NCBI GenBank assembly: GCA_965202615.1
Contig: OZ241837.1
Location: 59,656 to 123,655 of the forward strand
Direction: 5' to 3'
DNA from: Arenicellales bacterium
Lineage (GTDB): Bacteria; Pseudomonadota; Gammaproteobacteria; Arenicellales; JAJDZL01
DNA: 64,000 nucleotides
Shown: piece by piece, positions 31,325-40,268 of the stretch
Position numbering within the stretch: position 1 is the first letter of the stretch
How the letters are laid out: each line of letters starts with the position of its first letter
Position numbers and translations under genes: made by a program
The notes under the pieces: model-generated
What the model was told of the DNA's origin: nothing
Seen by the model: only the letters and a program-made list of their open reading frames with translations
The model's database searches: none

Positions 31325-32620
31325 ATGAAAAAAACGGTTGACAGCGTGGAGACTCTGATATCAAGGGCTAGTAAAGATGACAATTTTCGCGAACGGCTTC
31401 TAGCGAATCCAAAAGAAACGATCGAGGCAGAACTCGCAATCAAGCTGGACGACGATCACAAAGTCTTCGTACACGAAGAAACCGACGCAGCAATACATGT
31501 GGTGCTTCCGCCGCGCAGCAAATACAGTGAGTCTGAACGGCAGGAGGCCAAAACCGGGGCCTCGTCGCTTGAATTTCTTCGAAAAACACTCTACGACCCG
31601 GCACCGCCCCTGCGTCCCCCCGCACCGGAACAGGTTGGAGCGCCGGCGAACATTCCGAGCCCCGCGGCACTCGTCAAGGCAGCCACAGAATGCGTCCGCC
31701 GCGGTCTTGTTTTCCTGGAATCCGCCATTGACGAGAACGGGGCCTGGCACTGCATTCGTTTCAACACCGCTGATGCGAACATTCCGCGGCATTTTGAAAA
31801 GCCTCCTTTCATTTCAGCTTTTTGCGCATTGGCCCTGGAAAGCAGCAAACAAGCGCAAGCTAAAGCCCTGTGCGCCGCCACCAAGGCTTATCTTGCAAGC
31901 ACCATTGAATATCCCGGATTGTGGCGCTACTACCGCCATTTGCCCCAGGACCTTGACAGTACAACACTCTGTTCACTAGTCATCAAGACCCACCCTTGGA
32001 TACTGCTGCGAAGAAACGTTGCGCCGATCTTGGCGAACCGAAACGAGGAAGGCTGTTTCTCGACCTGGATTTTGGACGAAGACGAACCTGATGTGGTGTC
32101 AACATTTCGTATCGAAGCTGATCCTGTCGTTAATGCGAACGTCATCGCCTACCTCGGCGACCGACCGGAAACCAGGGATGCACAGCAATGGCTGAAAAGG
32201 TTGCTCGAAAAAGGCAGCCTCGAAAACACATCCAAATGGTACCCCGATACAGTCGCAATCTGCCATGCAATCAGCCGTGCCGTCAAACTCGCGCGACCCG
32301 CTCTCGATGAACTCCCCCCGATACTCGTTGATCACATCCAAGGCATGTACAGCGAAAAAGCACAGTTTGGCAACATTCTGCAGACTGCGCAGGCCGTATC
32401 GGCGCTCTACAACATCGGGAGTCTTGAAACCATCGACACCAAACGCCAAGTGGAAAGACTCATCGGTTCGCAACGAGACGATGGAAGCTGGCCTGAGCTT
32501 CTCGCGTTTGGCGACCAATCGATGAAATGGGGTACGTTCGGAAATATCGGACATGGCTCCGAATCGGTGACGACTGCATTTTGCATTGAAGCTTTGGAAC
32601 GACTTGTTGAGACACTGTAA
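31325..32620 (+). CDS. NHLP-leader-like domain fused to a class II terpene cyclase/prenyltransferase-squalene oxidase-like domain
   Basis: Residues 1-78 align without gaps to the precursor leader. The remainder has GLWRYY..LPQDLDST (DxDD-like), DPVVNANV, QW-like SQRDDGSW and GSESVTTAFCIEAL. Confidence 0.7.
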   Translation: MKKTVDSVETLISRASKDDNFRERLLANPKETIEAELAIKLDDDHKVFVHEETDAAIHVVLPPRSKYSESERQEAKTGASSLEFLRKTLYDPAPPLRPPAPEQVGAPANIPSPAALVKAATECVRRGLVFLESAIDENGAWHCIRFNTADANIPRHFEKPPFISAFCALALESSKQAQAKALCAATKAYLASTIEYPGLWRYYRHLPQDLDSTTLCSLVIKTHPWILLRRNVAPILANRNEEGCFSTWILDEDEPDVVSTFRIEADPVVNANVIAYLGDRPETRDAQQWLKRLLEKGSLENTSKWYPDTVAICHAISRAVKLARPALDELPPILVDHIQGMYSEKAQFGNILQTAQAVSALYNIGSLETIDTKRQVERLIGSQRDDGSWPELLAFGDQSMKWGTFGNIGHGSESVTTAFCIEALERLVETL

Positions 32621-32632
32621 TCGGGATATTGC

Positions 32633-33751
32633 ATGCATATCGACGAAGCAATTACACTGACGCAGGAATGTCTCGCAGAAGAAGGCCGCTCCATGGGTGA
32701 ATTGCTCAGGTTTTTTCGAGACAGGGTTTCGCCGGTCCTTATCGGAGATTCGCAGTGGGAGCACGTACTTGAATGTGCCGGGGAACTTCCGATTACGATG
32801 GCTGCCTTCCCATTTGGCTTCGAGTTGCCGTTACATACACCCAACCCGACTGCAGATTTCGGTGCCTCGCTGGCGAGCGGGACCAGAAGCGCAGAATTTT
32901 TCCGGGAGCGAGCGTTGGGTAACGAGGCGGATGAAGTCGCAAGCGTGATCACGCGGCTATTCAAACAAATGGATGTCGAAGACTCGCCCCTGCGTGAAAT
33001 TGTCGGTCGCAAACTAATGCTGGAATTCGACATCGGCTCGAAGAAACAAGCTGGAATTACGTTTCCTGGGATGTTCCTGCGACCTAACGAACGCCCGATT
33101 GTCGGGGTTCAGGATCAGGCCAGCGATGTCGGCACGGTGGTTAACGCACTGGCTTCTTCCCTTGGTTGGGAGATTAGTGTTCCCCAACTCAATCACGTCA
33201 AGCGAGTTTATCTGGCGCAACCGGAAAAGACGCGCCTGGATTCGTTTGGGGTCTTCCCGTCCCGATCGCGTGCAATCCGTCTGGCAATCATGGGTTTCAA
33301 ATCTCAGCGGGACGTGTGCGGTTTTCTTCAAAAGACGGGTTGGCCAGGACAGACGTCGGCTGTCGATTCGCTGATTGCCCGTTTCAAGGAACGCGTGAAC
33401 ATCGCCCGGGTCGGGTTAAATGTTGATGTACGGGACAATGGTCTCAGCCCGACACTTGGCCTCACGCTGATTGTCAAGCAACGGTATACAAAAGATTCCC
33501 GCTATTGGCTCGATGGCCTGACCGATTGGGACCCGTTTTTGGAGGTGCTGGGCCATGAAGAGATAGTCGTTCAGGAAAAACTTTCGGAGCTTGCGCATTG
33601 GGTTGCGAAACCAACAATACTGTATGCCAAGTCCGGGCGTTTCATACTGCTGCGCGGCATTCACCACATCAAGCTGGTCATTTCGGAAAACGAGCTCCAA
33701 AATGCCAAAGCCTATGTGTTCATGGTGCTTTCCGCAGCGGTCGTCAATTGA
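32633..33751 (+). CDS. Putative ABBA-fold RiPP prenyltransferase
   Basis: GFELPL..ADF, LMLEFD, SRSRAIRL, GWPG, NVDV..LSPTLGL, HIKLV..AKAY resemble NHLP-cluster prenyltransferase domains as recalled; adjacent to the cyclase-like gene. Confidence 0.55.
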   Translation: MHIDEAITLTQECLAEEGRSMGELLRFFRDRVSPVLIGDSQWEHVLECAGELPITMAAFPFGFELPLHTPNPTADFGASLASGTRSAEFFRERALGNEADEVASVITRLFKQMDVEDSPLREIVGRKLMLEFDIGSKKQAGITFPGMFLRPNERPIVGVQDQASDVGTVVNALASSLGWEISVPQLNHVKRVYLAQPEKTRLDSFGVFPSRSRAIRLAIMGFKSQRDVCGFLQKTGWPGQTSAVDSLIARFKERVNIARVGLNVDVRDNGLSPTLGLTLIVKQRYTKDSRYWLDGLTDWDPFLEVLGHEEIVVQEKLSELAHWVAKPTILYAKSGRFILLRGIHHIKLVISENELQNAKAYVFMVLSAAVVN

Positions 33752-33977
33752 TTAGACCTCAAGAGGGACATGCGTATTCAGACGCGGCACACCTGCGCAA
33801 CTAATTGATCCGACGACCGCGGGCACTGGAATCGAACCAACTATGGCAGCACACGCCACGTCTCGCGCGAGTAGACATCGCGGCGGAGGCGCTTCCGCCG
33901 TCTCAATTCATCCGGCTACTTCGTGTATGCCGGCCTGATACCGTTTCCCGCCGTATCAGCTATCGGCTAACCAGGAG

Positions 33978-34229
33978 TCACCAGCAGCAACAAAGTCCGG
34001 CCGAAACAGCTTCGAGTTGTTCTTCAGTAATATTAGGGTCCGGTGGCAAGGCAATATGCACGGTTTGCATATCGCTCTCATGGACCACTATATTCATTGA
34101 TTCGGGCATGGTGATGCCCAACTCTCCACAAATTGTAGATTTCGGGTCTTCAATAAGACTTCGCTTGAACTCTGAATCCAGAGCCGATTTCTCGACAATT
34201 TGTCTGAGCATGTCATCTCCGCTTCTCAT
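33978..34229 (-). CDS. srpE: NHLP/proteusin precursor peptide, leader 78 aa, core LCCCW (SrpE-like)
   Basis: DSEFKRSLIEDPK..VHE..HIALPP leader, ITEEQLEAVSAG double-glycine-type site, core LCCCW; GAGGGAG RBS. Confidence 0.95.
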   Translation of the reverse strand: MRSGDDMLRQIVEKSALDSEFKRSLIEDPKSTICGELGITMPESMNIVVHESDMQTVHIALPPDPNITEEQLEAVSAGLCCCW

Positions 34230-34270
34230 AAATACACTCCCTCACGCAGATGTTATTGAATTTTAAAAAC

Positions 34271-34299
34271 AATTTACCACAATACCCGTTTCAAATCAA
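34271..34299 (-). promoter_or_regulatory. Candidate sigma70 promoter for the precursor gene, overlapped by an inverted repeat
   Basis: Minus strand TTGATT-N17-TAAATT with TG extension; CAATTTACCA (34270-34279) and TGGTAAATTG (34307-34316) form a perfect 10-bp inverted repeat. Confidence 0.5.
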
Positions 34300-34335
34300 A
34301 TTTTTATGGTAAATTGCCAGTTGGCGCTTTGTCGC

Positions 34336-35469
34336 TCACAGGTGCAACAGACTCTGGCGCAAATCTTCTATCAGGTCTTCAACGTCCTCAATTCCTACGG
34401 AAATCCGAATTAAATTAACCGGTACTTTGCTATGCGGACCCTCAACCGTTCGCCTGTGTTCAATCAAACTCTCAACCCCGCCTAGAGAGGTTGCCCGAAC
34501 GAAAAGTTTCGTCGCAGAAACAAACTGACGTGCGGCCTCTCGGCCTCCTTTCATCTGTACTGACATCATCCCGCCGAATCCGTTTGTCATTTGCCGTCTT
34601 GCAATCGGATAAGAAGGATGACTCGGAAGGCCGGGATACAACACTCTTTCAACCGCCGGATGGGATTGCAGAAATTCAGCAATTTTCATGGCATTTTTCG
34701 AACACCGTTCCCATCGAATTGCCAGGGTGCGCATACCGCGCAGCAGCAGCCAGGCTTCGAACGAACCGAGGATTCCTCCGGTCAGACGACGTACCTCGTC
34801 AATTTCATCCCAGCGAGCATCGACCATTCTGGTCGCCAGCACCCCCGCATTGAGGTCGCTGTGCCCATTGAGGTACTTTGTTGCTGAATGAAACACGATA
34901 TCCGCACCGAGTTCCAGCGACTGCGTCGATATCGGCGCGGCAGCGGTGCAATCAACTGCCAGAATCGCTCCGGCCGCGTGTGCGTCCCGAGCCGCTCTTT
35001 CAATGTCGATCACATCCCACGACGGATTGATCGGCGATTCAATCCAGACGATGGAGGTTTTTCCGCGAATCACAGAACGCGCCAGATTGTCCGGGTCAGA
35101 GGGATCAAACAGTGTCAATTCGATATTGCGTCTTTCAGAAATTCGCTTGAGCCAGTCCACAGTCCCGTGATACATCACTTTGGGGGCAGCGATGTGTTCA
35201 CTCATTTTCACGGTTTCAAAAACCGCTGCGATGGCCGCGAGTCCCGAGGCAAAGAACAGGGCCTTTTTTGCGCCTTCGAGTTCGCAAACAATGTTTTCGA
35301 GTTGTTCATAGGTCGGGTTCGAATACCTGCCATACACATAATCGCCAATCAACTCAAGGTCATCGTCTCGGGCGAATGTAACGGATGGATCAATCGGCGG
35401 AACAATTCCGCCGCTCGACGGGTTGATGTAGTGATTGGCCTGCGCCAACAAGGTTTTTCTGTTTTTCAT
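34336..35469 (-). CDS. Cys/Met metabolism PLP enzyme (cystathionine gamma-synthase/lyase family)
   Basis: YGRYSNPT, FASGLAA, ESPINP, HSATKYLNGHSD, ATSLGGVESL, RISVGIED. Confidence 0.92.
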   Translation of the reverse strand: MKNRKTLLAQANHYINPSSGGIVPPIDPSVTFARDDDLELIGDYVYGRYSNPTYEQLENIVCELEGAKKALFFASGLAAIAAVFETVKMSEHIAAPKVMYHGTVDWLKRISERRNIELTLFDPSDPDNLARSVIRGKTSIVWIESPINPSWDVIDIERAARDAHAAGAILAVDCTAAAPISTQSLELGADIVFHSATKYLNGHSDLNAGVLATRMVDARWDEIDEVRRLTGGILGSFEAWLLLRGMRTLAIRWERCSKNAMKIAEFLQSHPAVERVLYPGLPSHPSYPIARRQMTNGFGGMMSVQMKGGREAARQFVSATKLFVRATSLGGVESLIEHRRTVEGPHSKVPVNLIRISVGIEDVEDLIEDLRQSLLHL

Positions 35470-35485
35470 TTCGATTTGATTTGAT

Positions 35486-36160
35486 TTACAACTCGATTGA
35501 CTCAAGCGGCATGTGCCAATTCGGCAATATGTGCTTTTTGATGAGACTGACCAGCTCTTCGGGGTGATGAGCCTCGTAGTTGGGACCTGCGGTACGAAGC
35601 CACTCGATACTGTGCCATCCCCAGCTCACCGCGATTGAAATGACACCTGCATCCCGGCTTTGCTCAATATCGCTGACAGTATCACCGATCATGCAAGTTT
35701 GGGATTCGGTTGAACCGTTGCGCGACATTATTGTCCTGATTTTTTCCGCTTTCGTGCCCGGCACATCGCCACCGACAATCGTCTGAAAACACTCACGCAA
35801 CCGATGGTTCTTCATCACCCCGTCAATGACTGCAACCGACGACGCTGAGACGATTCCGACTTTTCCGAGATCGTACACCTGTCGGATCAAGTCATCCATT
35901 TCTGGAAACATATGGATTTCATTTCGGCGGCGATACAGCTCACGATCAATTTCGATGATAAATTCCATCGACAGATCGGGGTCAACGTTGGCTTTGTGGA
36001 CAATTTCCGGGATTGACATTCGCCTGATGGCGCGCAAATCATCGGGTGCGAACGAAACAGGCTGTTCCAGTTTTCTGCCTGCGACATTAACCGCTTCAGA
36101 GAATATTTCGATGGAATCAACCAATACTCCATCAAAGTCAAACAGAATTGTCGCAGTCAT
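35486..36160 (-). CDS. HAD-family hydrolase (phosphoglycolate phosphatase-like)
   Basis: LFDFDGVLVDS, MIGDTVSDI, AVSWGW. Confidence 0.88.
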   Translation of the reverse strand: MTATILFDFDGVLVDSIEIFSEAVNVAGRKLEQPVSFAPDDLRAIRRMSIPEIVHKANVDPDLSMEFIIEIDRELYRRRNEIHMFPEMDDLIRQVYDLGKVGIVSASSVAVIDGVMKNHRLRECFQTIVGGDVPGTKAEKIRTIMSRNGSTESQTCMIGDTVSDIEQSRDAGVISIAVSWGWHSIEWLRTAGPNYEAHHPEELVSLIKKHILPNWHMPLESIEL

Positions 36161-36455
36161 TTTGTTGAACCGTATCGGTTAAATTTTGCGGGTTAATTAC
36201 ACTTTGCAGTCTGCCGGCCAGACAAGGACCGGCGTATTGCGCTAAGCGCCGTGCTCCCAGTCATCTGAACCTCTGTCAGCGCCTTGTGCTGCCAATCGTG
36301 ATGATCCGTCGTGTTTTGAAGCTGCCAAGCGGACGCGATTGCAACCTCATCACTGCGACCAACAACGCAGATTGAAAAAAGACCTCTTCGACGATCAGCA
36401 AGCGCCTGGCTTAAGTTTGGTAAATTTTTTCGACCAGATTATAGAAATTGCCTGA

Positions 36456-36989
36456 CTATCCAAGAGGTTTTCCGGCACCGGACGGGACAGATTTTAACCC
36501 GCAAAGGTTGATTCGATGCCACACATAGTCGAAATAGCTGCGATCAACATAAACTGAATAGGATCGGTCCGATTCATGAAACACGATTGCGCTTAGTGAA
36601 AATATGGCCGTAGCAGTTCCGCTCCCCGGGGGAAATTCGTGAAGATCGATTGGGATCGCGTGGGCGAGCGCTTCAGCCGCGTCCATGCCCGCGATTCGGA
36701 TTCCAAGATACATGTCAGACAGGTTGACCACGCTCGTTTGTCTCGCGTCTGCGAGAGCGCTGTTCAATTTTTCCTCAATTTGAACCTCGTTGTTCAGTGT
36801 CGATTTGATCAGCGCTCGCCTGGGTCCGAGCTTCAGAATCTGCAGCCCGTTCGTACCCGCGATGCGATCTTTTTCGAATGGTCCGCCGACATCGAGTCGG
36901 AGCAGGCAATCATCGATGATCGGTTTGGCGGTCCTGATATCAAATACCGCCTGTTGCTCCAGAGGGGTGATTTCGACTGCGTATCCCAT
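36456..36989 (-). CDS. soxG: Sarcosine oxidase subunit gamma-like
   Basis: Position after soxA; LGP, VVNLSD, PIDLH, VDRSYFDY. Confidence 0.75.
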   Translation of the reverse strand: MGYAVEITPLEQQAVFDIRTAKPIIDDCLLRLDVGGPFEKDRIAGTNGLQILKLGPRRALIKSTLNNEVQIEEKLNSALADARQTSVVNLSDMYLGIRIAGMDAAEALAHAIPIDLHEFPPGSGTATAIFSLSAIVFHESDRSYSVYVDRSYFDYVWHRINLCGLKSVPSGAGKPLG

Positions 36990-36991
36990 GC

Positions 36992-39952
36992 TTACATCCG
37001 AAGTTTTTCGCCTTCAGCGTCATAGAAGACGGGTTGCGTTGCAACACAGGGAACAGGTTTGCCATTGTCCCAGGCCATCACCGTTTCCCCGATTCTGGAC
37101 CGCCCGTCATTCAAGAGCCCAAGCGCAATGGTTCGATTGCAGGTGTTGCTCCACACGCAAGCGGAAACAAAGCCTTCAGACAGGTTCTGGTCGCGAGCAG
37201 CCGCGATAGGTGCGCCTTCCGAAATCAGTGTTTTGGAATCTTGAGGCAGCAAACCGACAAGCTCTTGTCGGAGCGGGTGATGGCGCCGGCGGATTTCCAT
37301 CGCTCGTTTGCCGACAAAGTCCTGTTTTTCACCGCTGATCAGCCACCCTAGTCCCAGGTCAATGGGGTCGACAGACCCGTCAGCCTCGTGCGCGAGCGAC
37401 AGGAAGCCTTTTTCTACCCGCAGCACATGGTTCGCTTCTGAGCCAACCGGGCAGATTTCCCATTTTTTCCCGATCTCCACCAGGTATTCCCAAAGGGCGA
37501 GTCCATACCGTGAAGGAACGTTCAGTTCGAAACTCAGCTCTCCGGTGAAACTCACCCGAAAAACCCTGACAGGAATACCGGCGATTGTTCCTTGCTGCAT
37601 ATGCATGAACGGCAAGGCTTCACGCGACCAGTCCATGTCTGAATCGGAGGATTCGAGCATCGCCCTTGCCATAGGACCGCACACCGTCGCATTGGCCCAT
37701 TGAGACGTTACGGGAGTGATCACTGCATCCAGTCCCGGGTATTCGACGTTGACCAGCTTGTCCAGCTTGCTTTCAACGGCGGGAGCGCCGCCCGTCGAAC
37801 ACGACAGCAAATACTCGTCTTCCCGCATGCAAAATGTAACACCGTCATCAAATACCAGGCCTTCTTCGTTCAGCATCACACCGTAGCGGCCCCGTCCGGG
37901 CTGAAGACCGTCAAATCGGTTGGTGTACAGGACATTCAGCAACTTCAGGGAATCGAAACCGCGCAGAACAAACTTTCCAAGCGGAGAACCGTCATAAATT
38001 CCGACCTGATTTCGCACCGCCCGGCATTCTCGTTCAACCGCGACATTCATTGACTCACCTGGTTTGAGATAGTAGCCGGGCCGCCGCCATCGGGCCCCCG
38101 CTTCATACATAACGGCGCCATTCGCCTTGTGCCATGCGGTCATGGGTGTATGTCGAAAAGGCAATACGGTCTCACCCGACTGGCTGCCGGCAATGGAACC
38201 GAACTCAACCGGCGCATATGGCGGGCGAAATGTCGTGGTGCCGATTTCAGACGGATGACATTGAAACGTATCCGCAAGTATGCCGATTGCATTCACGTTG
38301 GCGGTCTTCCCCTGGTCGAGTCCCATACCGGTTGTCGTGTACCGTTTCAAATGTTCGATTTCGTCAAATCCTTCACGAAGCGCCAGTTTCAGATCAAAAA
38401 CAGTCACATCGCCCGCCATGTCGACAAATGCCTTGTCTGCGCGATTCCCGTCCGCCGCACTCCAAAACGGTTCGATTTGATAATCCGGCGACAAAGCCTC
38501 ACTGAATTCCGGAACTGACACCGGATCAGAACGGTAACCGAGATACGTCAGTGCATCCGAAGCGACTCGCGCACCTTCGGCAAGACTGCGACTGATTGAC
38601 AAAGTTCCGTTTGCACCACCCGCACACCGGATTTGCTGCACGGCTTCATGCGGAACGAACGCAGCGATTCGGTCATCGAACCGAATTGAACCCCGCGACT
38701 GGGAGAACAAATGCACACAGGGGTTCCAGCCGCCTGAAACACAAACCAGATCACAGTCAATTCGGAATGGATTGCCGCCTTCGCGCGACGATACCTCGAC
38801 ACCGGAAACCCGCTTTCGGCTGAAAAACGCTTTGTTGATCACCGTTGCCTGCCGCACCTGGGTCCCGGCATTTTCCGCCAGCGCATGCATTTCGGCGGGT
38901 ACCGTTTCCCGGGTGTCAATAATCGCCGCGACTTCCACATCGGCCGCGCAAAGATGGGCAAGCACCTGGTAAGCGCAATTGTTATTGGCGAACAGAACTG
39001 CCCGTCTGCCCGGGACTGCCGCGTACACGTGAATCAGTTCGCTGACTGCAGATGTCATCATCACACCGGGCAGATCATTGTTGGCAAATACGATTGGACG
39101 TTCGATCGCACCGCTGGTCAATATCACCTGCTTTGCCCAGATTTTCCAATTGCGACCCAACACCCCGGCATGACCCGGTGTCCGTTCCTCGACACCAACC
39201 ATATTCCCTTCGAAATAACCCCAGGCGGTCGCGTTCCAAAGACAGGTCACGTGTTCCAGGCTCTGCAACTCATCGATCGTTTGCTGCAACCAGCTTGCTG
39301 AGGGTTGCTCGGAGCAATCCACGCGGGCATGACGCAGACAGCCGCCAGGTTCAGTCATCTCGTCGACCAGGACGGTTCGTGCGCCTGACCTGGCCGCGAC
39401 CAGCGCCGCCATCAAACCTGCCGGACCTGCCCCGACGATGAGGACTTCGCAGTGCGCAAATCGACTGAGATAAAGACCTTGCGGCGCCTCTTTCGGCGCG
39501 GTTCCAAATCCGGCTGCCTGTCGAATCGCAGGCTCGAATGCATGCCAGGACGGCCACATGAATGTCTTGTAGTAGAATCCCGATGGAATAATCGGAGACA
39601 GTCCCCGGAGTATTGACCCAAGATCGAACTCGACACTGGGCCAGCAATTGACGCTGCGTGCGTCCAGGCCTTCGTACAGCGGCTGCACGCTCGCAAGAAT
39701 GTTCGGCGCTTCGTTGCTGCCACACAGTTGAACCATGGAATTCACATCGGCATAGCCGCGGTTCTGAATCCCCCGCGGCCGGTGATACTTGAAACTGCGC
39801 GCGATGACGTCCACACCGTTCGCCATCAATGCGGAGGCCAGCGTATCTCCGTAAAATCCACTCAATTTCCTGCCGTTGAATTGAAACGACAGGGGTTGGT
39901 TTCGATCGATTCGCCCGCCGTCCGTCAGTCTTCGCAGGTTCGAGCGCTTCAT
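36992..39952 (-). CDS. soxA: Sarcosine oxidase subunit alpha
   Basis: GDTLASAL, RSFKYHRPRG, GFYYKTFMWP, HLKRYTTTGMG-DQGKT, RVSFTGELSFE. Confidence 0.93.
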   Translation of the reverse strand: MKRSNLRRLTDGGRIDRNQPLSFQFNGRKLSGFYGDTLASALMANGVDVIARSFKYHRPRGIQNRGYADVNSMVQLCGSNEAPNILASVQPLYEGLDARSVNCWPSVEFDLGSILRGLSPIIPSGFYYKTFMWPSWHAFEPAIRQAAGFGTAPKEAPQGLYLSRFAHCEVLIVGAGPAGLMAALVAARSGARTVLVDEMTEPGGCLRHARVDCSEQPSASWLQQTIDELQSLEHVTCLWNATAWGYFEGNMVGVEERTPGHAGVLGRNWKIWAKQVILTSGAIERPIVFANNDLPGVMMTSAVSELIHVYAAVPGRRAVLFANNNCAYQVLAHLCAADVEVAAIIDTRETVPAEMHALAENAGTQVRQATVINKAFFSRKRVSGVEVSSREGGNPFRIDCDLVCVSGGWNPCVHLFSQSRGSIRFDDRIAAFVPHEAVQQIRCAGGANGTLSISRSLAEGARVASDALTYLGYRSDPVSVPEFSEALSPDYQIEPFWSAADGNRADKAFVDMAGDVTVFDLKLALREGFDEIEHLKRYTTTGMGLDQGKTANVNAIGILADTFQCHPSEIGTTTFRPPYAPVEFGSIAGSQSGETVLPFRHTPMTAWHKANGAVMYEAGARWRRPGYYLKPGESMNVAVERECRAVRNQVGIYDGSPLGKFVLRGFDSLKLLNVLYTNRFDGLQPGRGRYGVMLNEEGLVFDDGVTFCMREDEYLLSCSTGGAPAVESKLDKLVNVEYPGLDAVITPVTSQWANATVCGPMARAMLESSDSDMDWSREALPFMHMQQGTIAGIPVRVFRVSFTGELSFELNVPSRYGLALWEYLVEIGKKWEICPVGSEANHVLRVEKGFLSLAHEADGSVDPIDLGLGWLISGEKQDFVGKRAMEIRRRHHPLRQELVGLLPQDSKTLISEGAPIAAARDQNLSEGFVSACVWSNTCNRTIALGLLNDGRSRIGETVMAWDNGKPVPCVATQPVFYDAEGEKLRM

Positions 39953-40203
39953 TGGTCCCCGTCCGAATCGATGAATTCGTGGGTGACGGTATGCCGTTTG
40001 AGTTTAAACCATTCGCCACAGCCCTTTTCGTGACACCAGTACTCTTCGAGCACACCCTGGTAATTGTCCGCCTGGTAGAGGTACTCCATCCACGTCTCGT
40101 CGTCGCTGTCGAGCATTTCGCCACGCGGCGGTTTGACCTGACCCGCACACCTGAACTCGATCTCGGCGCGCTGGCCGCACCAGGGACAGGGGATTAACAA
40201 CAT
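39949..40203 (-). CDS. soxD: Sarcosine oxidase subunit delta
   Basis: MLLIPCPWCGQR-E-EF, W-H--GCGEWF--KRHTVTHE zinc motif. Confidence 0.92.
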   Translation of the reverse strand: MLLIPCPWCGQRAEIEFRCAGQVKPPRGEMLDSDDETWMEYLYQADNYQGVLEEYWCHEKGCGEWFKLKRHTVTHEFIDSDGDQ

Positions 40204-40268
40204 CGGCTGGCCTTCATGTTTTGTTACCCTGAATGAATCGATTTTCGATGGGATTTCGTGAACCTGGA

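Noticed and set aside
33805..34266. Plus-strand 153-aa ORF considered as a second precursor
   Set aside because: Antisense to the true precursor; no leader motif.
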